From Octopus sinensis (lineage: Eukaryota), in contig NW_021834999.1 in NCBI RefSeq assembly GCF_006345805.1, positions 1-43,823 of the forward strand: a stretch of 43,823 bases of DNA, read 5' to 3'. Each line of letters starts with the position of its first letter. Position 1 is the stretch's first letter. The notes below the pieces were generated by a model that was not told where the DNA came from, did not search any database, and saw nothing but the letters and a program-made list of their open reading frames with translations. Both the position numbers and the translations under genes were made by a program. Of the stretch, positions 36,525-43,823 are shown piece by piece.

Positions 36525-37073
36525 GAGTGAGAGAGCAGTGCATGCCATCAAGTGACACTGGGGTAAAATATACGAAGCCCAATATACCCATCATGACTAC
36601 CCGTCTGATAAGGGTACACCAGGCACATGCATCACAACCATATGTGCGCGACATGGTGATCTCATATCAAGATAAACAGCACATGACCTTGCAGGTGGTG
36701 CCCAGTTAGATTTTCTTCAGGTTGAGTAGCCCACCCGCTCAAACGGTCCCTGAATAGGCTGTTTAAGAATGTTGAAAGAACCACCCATGTTTCCAGAGGT
36801 GAATTATTCAAACCCCAAATAATCCCTCTCAACACATGGCTATGATGCTCCCCCTCTATTTCTGCTCGTGATCAGAGATGCACATATCGTCAGCCACTAA
36901 GGGACATGCTCAAATGGTTAAGGTCAAACAACTGACAAGCAAATCTGTGGTATTGAGCAGAATATTTGCTGTAGCCCATCTTTTATACCAAGACAAAACA
37001 ATGTACATGATAACACTTCTAATCAGTTATCAGAAGCCATGAGAGCCACTGCCTGGTACTGCATCAGGGCATT
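36525..37073 (-). mobile_element. ~550-bp unclassified retroposon (LINE-tail-like) ending in (AAT)n
   Basis: Homologous pieces at 41386-41418 plus 41904-42085 and at 31455-31572; (TAA)n tail on the minus strand. Confidence 0.7.
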
Positions 37074-37196
37074 TATTATTGTTGTTGTTGTTGTTGTTGT
37101 TGTTATTATTATTATTATTATTAATAATAATAATATCAATATTATTATTATTATTATTATTAATATTATTCTTCTTATTTTTTGTTGTCGTTATTA

Positions 37197-37254
<58 letters not shown>

Positions 37255-37283
37255 GATTATTATTATTATTATTATTATTATTT
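37074..37283. repeat. (TTG)n/(ATT)n tract abutting the exon acceptor
   Basis: Read directly. Confidence 0.95.
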
Positions 37284-37287
37284 TCAG

Positions 37288-37442
37288 ATCGAGGCCAACT
37301 TTGATATAGACAACGCTCGTCTTTGCCTAAAATGGTTGCAGCAGATCTCTGGGGAAACCCCCAACATCGAATTGTCAGATGATAGACGTAAAGCGATTGA
37401 TACAGCATACGGTGCCCTTAAAGATGGCATGTATCTTATCAG
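37288..37442 (+). CDS. Calponin-homology (transgelin/myophilin/MP20-like) gene, first identifiable internal coding exon
   Basis: ttttcag|ATC ... ATCAG|gtaaat. Encodes IEANFDIDNARLCLKWLQQISGETPNIELSDDRRKAIDTAYGALKDGMYLI(R), with the CH helix-A Trp and LKDG motif. 155 nt, phase 0 to phase 2. Confidence 0.88.
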
Positions 37443-37577
37443 GTAAATATGTTTCTGGAGTAAAGATTATTTGGCAACAATTTAGCCCCAGGAGACATCG
37501 TCTCCAGCTGGCTTACGACACGATCTGTGTCCTTATTTTTTGAACAAGGGAACCCAACACCTCCACTCAGCTCAAAA

Positions 37578-37622
37578 TCTGTGTATCACGATTTCCCGGT
37601 TATTTCTGTTCATTAGCACAGA
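37578..37622 (-). ncRNA. Degenerate hammerhead motif, same family as 31278-31322
   Basis: Minus strand TCTGTG CTaATGA ACAGAAATAACCGG GAAA TCGTGA TA CACAGA. Downstream flank homologous to 31323-31424. Confidence 0.5.
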
Positions 37623-38375
37623 ATAATTGCTCGGCTAGTGGTGGCGCTGCCAAATTCCCGTTCGAATTATATGGTTTTCAAAGTGACAACTAGTCACTGA
37701 TCTATAAATTAGAAAATATGTTTCTGTTCGTTCACAAATCTATAGAGTTTAACTACGTACCGGTTCTCTGTCACTCTAAACATATGATGCATATATATGT
37801 GTGTATGTGTGTGTGTGTGTGTGTACGTTAGTGTATTTGTGTATCACTGACAATGGGTGTTTGTTCGCAGTCACGCTGGTAGAGAGAAATCCAAACGACA
37901 AATGAAGTAAGAGGGTACGGGTGACAATCGAAGACATTAAATATAGGTGAGAGAAAGTAATGACATTATGATTACAGCTACCTGTTGCGAGGTGATTTGC
38001 AAAAGCTGGAGCAGCAGGTACTCCGATAAAAATGAAACTGTAAATTTTTGTTGTAAATTTTGAGGGGTAATTTCATTTCATTTCATTGTCTACATTTAAA
38101 AAGAGAAAAGGAAAAAAAAAGGACAAAGAAAATTGAAAACAAAATATCTACGTGTGGGTTTTAGATGTGTGAAGTTCGCACATACATACATGAGCACAAG
38201 TAGGCACGCACGAATACACATACACACAAACACAATGCGTGTGCGCACGCACATGCACACGTATTAAGTCTTTAGGCAAGAAACTTATCAATGGTTTCTC
38301 CCATTGTTTTGCGCTGATACACACACATAGACACACACATGAAGAGAGGTGCTGAAAAGTTTCTGGCCTTACTAT

Positions 38376-38419
<44 letters not shown>

Positions 38420-38430
38420 ATTCATTGCAG

Positions 38431-38665
38431 AGCCGTGAACCTCGCTCTCCCACCTGAAGAAAGATTAGACTTGAGCAAACGGACATTTCAGCCAACAGAC
38501 AGCGAGACATTTCGTACGGCACGTGAGCGAGAACGAATTGAGATCTTCCTGGACAAATGCCTGGATGTCGGCTTGCTCGACACTATGATCTTCCAGATCG
38601 ATTGTCTATATGAGAGGACAAACCTATCGCAAGTGATGTCAACTATACGAACTCTTGGCATTGAG
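38431..38665 (+). CDS. Calponin-homology gene, next coding exon
   Basis: cattgcag|A ... ATTGAG|gtaagt. Completes the Arg codon, then AVNLALPPEERLDLSKRTFQPTDSETFRTARERERIEIFLDKCLDVGLLDTMIFQIDCLYERTNLSQVMSTIRTLGIE, matching the CH C-terminal half. 235 nt, phase 2 to phase 0, frame-compatible with both neighbours. Confidence 0.9.
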
Positions 38666-39118
38666 GTAAGTTTTTCAATTGTCTTCATACTTTCAATGAC
38701 TTCTTCGTTCTCTCAACATTGTTATTTCAATCAAAAGTAAAAACTGAACCTTGAAGGTTTGTTAACAAAGATGTCCCAAACGTTATCATACAGTATATTT
38801 TCTCATCCAGGAACATATTTTCATTGTACAATTTGTCATTTTTAAGACACCAAGGTGTGAAGGAGATTTGGCTGCTATTTCTACCATGTCGTATGAGAGT
38901 AGCGATCCATTTTGCTTGGCTCGTTGTTGCTGTTGTTTACACACAGATTATCCCAGATGGAAATGCAGCAATGATAAAAGACATCCCAGCTTTGACCACC
39001 CTGTGTATGAGAGGTAAAATATTTGATTAGGCCCATTCCATTTCTTTAAGACAACAGCGTAGACATGTCCATATTGCGGCCCGCAGGACATTTTAAATGG
39101 CAAGTTCAAACGAAACTT

Positions 39119-39210
39119 TATTTTTGTATTTTATTAGTTTCAACCCGAGAGCTGCGGCCATGCTAGCATGGCCGCAGCTCTCGGGCTGAAACTAATAAAA
39201 TACAAAAATA
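39119..39210. repeat. 92-bp near-perfect palindrome
   Basis: 46-bp arms, no loop, one mismatch, centre CATGCTAGCATG. Confidence 0.95.
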
Positions 39211-39534
39211 GTGTTATTATTGATTTGACTCAGGTTCGTTCTTATTCCAGGTAGACTTTATGTGAGTAGCGTGTTTCTACTTGTAACCTTAAGTATCCAC
39301 TAGCTTTCAATAGTCTTTCAAGTGCTTAAAACCCTCCTTATAACCTTCTCTGACCCTAAGAGGCAAACTTTCTGTAGAAGCTCTATAGGACATGTTTTTT
39401 CAATCTCCTTTATCCATTTATCCATATCTTTGCTTTCTTTTCACAAAGCGCCAATTATTATTGGCACAACCATTACAATTTTCATATTCCAAATTATTAT
39501 TGTCTGTCGACCGAGTCTGTAGTGATGATCGCAC

Positions 39535-39840
39535 CACGGCCCTCCTTCAATCGGGCAGGCAAGGCAGTTTTCCTTTGCCTGGTGGCTGTGGCGAAAACAG
39601 TTTAGTGGACAAGGCTGAAAGGCATGAGGACAGATACATTCCTCTTTGGTAGAGATCTCATTGACTTCTTCAAGTTTCACTTGAAAAGGAAATTGAGAGT
39701 GGAGAGTGAAGTGCTGTCCTCGAGTGAGCTTATTGAAAGGTGGGAGAAAGTTGCGAAAAATGGCAAGAATGGATGGTACCTCTCTAAGTGTAGACCTGTG
39801 AGTCGAAAAGAAGGAATGGGAGAGGGCACTTAAAAAAAAG
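39535..39840 (+). mobile_element. 3' end of a Tx1/L1-like LINE
   Basis: AVFLCLVAVAK..WTRLKG..TDTFLFGRDLIDFFKFHLKRKLRVE...IERW, ending in a short A tail; recalled as an L1/Tx1 ORF2 C-terminus. Confidence 0.55.
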
Positions 39841-39869
39841 TTTGTTTTAAACCTTGGGATTACATAGAG

Positions 39870-41220
39870 AGTATTTTGCGTAGGATATTTTGCGTAGGAT
39901 ATTACCCAGTGAATATATTGTGCAGCTCTATCATGCCTGTTGAGGTACTCTGTAGGCGCTAGAAGACTGCATTTGGAGACAACATGATCAATGATTTCAT
40001 TTTGTTGTCGGCATACATGACATGTTGGGCTACTGCCGTTCTTTAATATGTTGGCCTTGTAGTTTCTTGTTGGTAGGCATTAATCGTGAGCTGCTATGAT
40101 AAACCCCTCTGTTTCAGATTTTAAGCCAGAGGCCATTAGCCATTGATGGGTAAGGGCTTTGTCAATATCTGCATTATTCGCTCTCTTTGGGTATTTGCCA
40201 TAGAGAGGTTTTCTTGCCTTGTTTTTTATTATTCAGAAATCTAAGGCCGCAGTTTTAGCACGGGTTTTCATGCGCCTAGCTTTTTCTGTGCTTGTTTCTT
40301 GCATGTCTATCTCTATTCCGAAATTTTATGTATTCGGAATACACTAAGATATTCCTTTGCCTGCTTTGTTACTGAGTATGATGCTTTCTTGTTTTCATGT
40401 TTTGAGACAAGTTTTAACATCCAGTCCTCAGACTTTTTCAGGTAGGTGTCTAGGCCAATTGTAGCAATCTTCATTGTTATTGCCAGTTGTGAAAGTCCAC
40501 AGCATCCCTCTTTTCTTGGCAGATAAAGTCGTTCTATATCTGCCTTAGGGTGGTGCATTCTATGCATTGTCAACAGTTTTCTTATTTTTCTGTCGAGCTG
40601 ACATATTTCAGTAATTGACCAGTTAACGATATTGAAACTGTAATTCACGACTGGTATGGCTAATGCATTGATCGCTTCAATCCTGTTTCTTGCATTCAGC
40701 TCTGTCTTGAGTATTGCTCTCACTCTTCGATAACATTCTCTCCTGATCCTTTCCTTCATCTCTGAATGCCTATTCCGTTCCCTTCAATTACCCCTAGGTA
40801 CTTGTAGCTCTCCGCTGGGTCTAGTTCTTTTATGACATTCTGCTGGTCAAGGTTAAAGTTAGATGTTTCTGTCATTTTTCCTTTGATAAAGGTAGCTTTT
40901 GCACATTTATCGAGGCCGAATTGCATTCTGATATCGTCACTGAATTGTTTGACTATCGCTAGTAAGCCCTTGAGTTGTTGGTCATTTTTTGCAAAAAGCT
41001 TTAAATCATCCATGTAAATGAGATGATTTATATTTTTATCAAACATTTTATACCCGTACTGCGCGTCATTGAGCAGTTTTGAGAGGGGTATTAAGGCTAA
41101 ACAAAAGAGGAGTGGTGACAGTGAGTCACCCTGGAAAATGCCACCTGAAATTTTTACATCACCAGCATTTAGGGATTCATTGTCACTGTCCAGAGTTAGT
41201 GTGGTTCTCCATGATCTTTT
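39870..41220 (-). mobile_element. Second R4/Dong-clade copy, different subfamily, truncated at both ends
   Basis: GIFQGDSLSPLLFCLALIPLS, NHLIYMDDLKL, GLDKCAK, YKYLG, RRVRAILKTELNARN, HHPKADIERLYLPR, CHVC...IDHVVSKC...RHD. Confidence 0.9.
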
Positions 41221-41312
41221 TAGGGATTCGTTGTCACTGTTCAGAGTTAGTGTGGTTCTCCATGATTATAGGGATTCGTTGTCACTGTTCAGTTTTAGGG
41301 ATTCGTTGTCAC

Positions 41313-41316
<4 letters not shown>
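41170..41316. repeat. Four nested copies of the R4 5'-junction segment
   Basis: TAGGGATTC.TTGTCACTGT starts at 41170, 41221, 41269 and 41296. Confidence 0.9.
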
Positions 41317-41385
<69 letters not shown>

Positions 41386-42085
41386 GAGTGAGAGAGCAGT
41401 ACATGCCATCAAAGTGACTATCTCTCTATCCGCTCAGTCGAAGTCGACTCTTGGTTACTCGTTGGATCAGTGTCCTCCAGTCAGTTCTATCCTGGGCCGC
41501 TTCTTTCAGATTGGCTATGTCCATTCCGGTATCACTCTTGATGGTGTCAAGCCAGTGGGTTCTTAGTCAGCCTCTTCCTCTCTTGCCACTGACCATTCCG
41601 AGCATGATGTCCTCCAGGGATTTTCTGCGCATAATATGACGGAAATATGCCAAGCTATGCTTGGTGATCCTAGCTTCTATCGACATTTTCGGCCTGATCT
41701 GCTTAAGAACCTCTCCATTGGTGAGCCTCACTGTCCATGGAATCCGTAAAAGTCTTCTCCAACACCAAAGCTCGAATGCATTAATTCTCTTCTGGTCAGT
41801 TTTCTTTAGTGTCCAGGTCTCGCATCCATATGTTTTGCTATTAGGAAGACGATTGCATTCACCAATCTGCATTTGGTAGCGAGTCTGATGTCTCTACTCT
41901 TCCAGTGACACTGGGGTACAAATATACCTATCATGACTACCCGTCTGATAAGGGTACACCAGGCACATCCGTCACAACCACGTGTGCGCGACATGGTGAC
42001 ATTATATCAAGATAAACAGCGCATGACCTTGCAGATGGGGCCCAGTTAGAATTTTCTTCAGGTAGAGTAGCTCATCCCGCTCAAA
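41386..42085 (-). mobile_element. Partial copy of the 550-bp retroposon, interrupted by the RTE insertion
   Basis: gagtgagagagcagt.catgccatcaa..agtgacactggggt...catgactacccgtctgataagggtacaccaggcacat matches 36525 onward. Confidence 0.75.
41419..41903 (-). mobile_element. 5'-truncated RTE-clade LINE
   Basis: YGCETWTLKKTDQKRINAFELWCWRRLLRIPW...N.EVL...GHIMR-like...GKRGRG; 6-bp TSD AGTGAC (41413-41418 and 41904-41909). Confidence 0.9.
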
Positions 42086-42102
42086 TGGATGTATGAGACA
42101 AC

Positions 42103-42315
42103 GGGGCGAGCTGGCAGAATCGTTAGCGGGCCGGGCAAAATGCTAAGCGGTATTTCGTCCGTCTTTAGGTCCTGCGTTCAAATTTCATCGGGATCGAATT
42201 TGTCTTTCATCCTTTCGGGGTCGATAAAATAAGTATCAGTTAAATACTAGGTGGCAATGCAATCAACTAGCTCTCTCCCATCAAATTTCAGGCCTTGTAA
42301 ACTTTAGTAGAAAAG
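42103..42315 (+). mobile_element. SINE family B
   Basis: Homology to 6675-6895, followed by (TTC)n. Confidence 0.82.
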
Positions 42316-42317
42316 TT

Positions 42318-42435
42318 CATTCTTCTTCTTCTTCTTCTTCTTCTTCTTCTTCTTCTTCTTCTTCTTCTTCTTCTTCTTCTTCTTCTTCTTCTTCTTCTCT
42401 TCTTCTTCTTCTTCTTCTTCTTCTTCTTCTTCTCT

Positions 42436-42467
<32 letters not shown>

Positions 42468-42506
42468 TTCTCTTCTTCTTCTTCTCTCTTCTCTTATCAT
42501 TATTAA

Positions 42507-42542
<36 letters not shown>

Positions 42543-42600
42543 TATTATTATTATTTATTATTATTATTATTATTATCATTATTATTATTATTATTGTTAT
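42318..42600. repeat. (TTC)n then (ATT)n tract upstream of the terminal exon
   Basis: Read directly. Confidence 0.95.
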
Positions 42601-42622
42601 TCCTGTTTTTTCTTCTTCTCAG

Positions 42623-42829
42623 GCACAGACGAAACCTTGGTACAACGCGCCAATGGCGTTTCCGACTAAATCCTCTGAAATTATCGAGAAACACGCCATG
42701 AGGCCAGTGAAAAGCAAGAAACCTCCTGGACTCGGCATTGGTATAGAGTTTAACAAAGCAAAATGCAAGGAGCCACGAGTACAACAGCATCCGGTGCAGG
42801 ATTATAGCGACTACTCACACTACGAATGA
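42623..42829 (+). CDS. Calponin-homology gene, terminal coding exon
   Basis: tcttctcag|GCA, phase 0. Encodes AQTKPWYNAPMAFPTKSSEIIEKHAMRPVKSKKPPGLGIGIEFNKAKCKEPRVQQHPVQDYSDYSHYE then TGA. AQTKP..P resembles the post-CH segment of myophilin/MP20-type proteins. Not in the ORF track. Confidence 0.8.
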   Translation, partial: AQTKPWYNAPMAFPTKSSEIIEKHAMRPVKSKKPPGLGIGIEFNKAKCKEPRVQQHPVQDYSDYSHYE

Positions 42830-43783
42830 AATCACCATATTTCTAGCTCACTTCTGTTCCCTTGAAATACTCAGCTACTGCCTCCATTGTTGTGCCTATA
42901 AAATATCGCCACGATCGCCTTCACAATTAAATGAACAAAAAGAAAACTTAATCTCTCAAAAACACAAAAACAACCGTTAAAACGTTAAGAAAAAACACAA
43001 ATTCCCCTGATAAGATCCAGAAACATAAAGATGAAGAAACATTATGGTGCTTTTATCAAATTTATCGAAATTTATCGTTGCTAGAGACATGTGAGATGAG
43101 ATGGCATTTTTTTTTTGTTGCTATGTCATGTCACTGCATAGACGCCTTTGCGATGCAACTGCACAAATTTTATAAAGCTTTTCTCTAAAGTATATGCAGC
43201 GTGAATGTATGTATAGGTATATATATATATATATAAACATATATATGCATATACACATACACACTCACAAACATACACCACCACACACAGACATACACAC
43301 ACATTTACATGCATACACATACATACATACATACATACCACAACACACACACACAAACACAACACCACACACACACTATATTATATATATATATTATATA
43401 TATATATAATATATATACACACAACATAATTTTACACATATATACATAGATATGTATAGTATAATTTTACATACACACATACATACATATTTCAAAATAT
43501 ATGTTTTACACGCACAAAAACGTATACAAATCTGTTCCTCACATATAAATACACACGTGACGGTTTCGCTACATATATTTATTCTCGAATACATTCGTAT
43601 ATATGTATGTATATGAATATGTATAAACACGCACACATTCAGTCAGTCAGTCACTCACTCACCACGCACACACGCTCATACACGCACACACACACATACC
43701 AACACTTCCATACATGTTACAAAACCTGAAACTACCTTAGGGTGACTCTGAGTTTGGCCTTTCTGTTCATTATATATGGATGT

Positions 43784-43823
43784 GGAGGCGCAATGGCCCA
43801 GTGGTTAGGGGTGGCGTCATTCG
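43784..43823 (+). mobile_element. SINE family D head, cut by the window end
   Basis: GGAGGCGCAATGGCCCAGTGGTTAGGG matches the 7970-8250 head. Confidence 0.65.

Noticed and set aside
42551-42790. Minus-strand 79-aa ORF MLLYSWLL...
   Set aside because: It is the antisense shadow of the + strand terminal exon plus microsatellite.

Overview
AT-rich, microsatellite-dense metazoan genomic DNA. The SINE families and repeat landscape look like an octopod cephalopod (Octopus sp.); this is inference from remembered repeat sequences, not a database hit. The only supportable host gene is a + strand calponin-homology protein (transgelin/myophilin/MP20-like). Three of its exons join in frame with GT-AG introns (37288-37442, 38431-38665, 42623-42829); its first coding exon was not found. 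The rest is repeat-derived: tRNA-derived SINEs of about four families, two R4/Dong-type retrotransposon relics plus a third RLE fragment, Tx1/L1-like and RTE fragments, two head-to-head Helitrons (one carrying (TTAGGG)6), a hAT transposase fragment, hAT and pogo-like MITEs, and a U6 snRNA copy abutting a SINE. Almost all short ORFs in the track are microsatellite artefacts. The main unexplained signal is a set of nine type-I hammerhead ribozyme motifs (intact to degenerate) from about five repeat families. They sit in fold-back palindromes, a 351-bp terminally redundant unit and a 307-bp tandem array, which is the architecture of Penelope-like pLTRs and metazoan retrozymes. All alignments and folds were done by eye; repeat boundaries are approximate.
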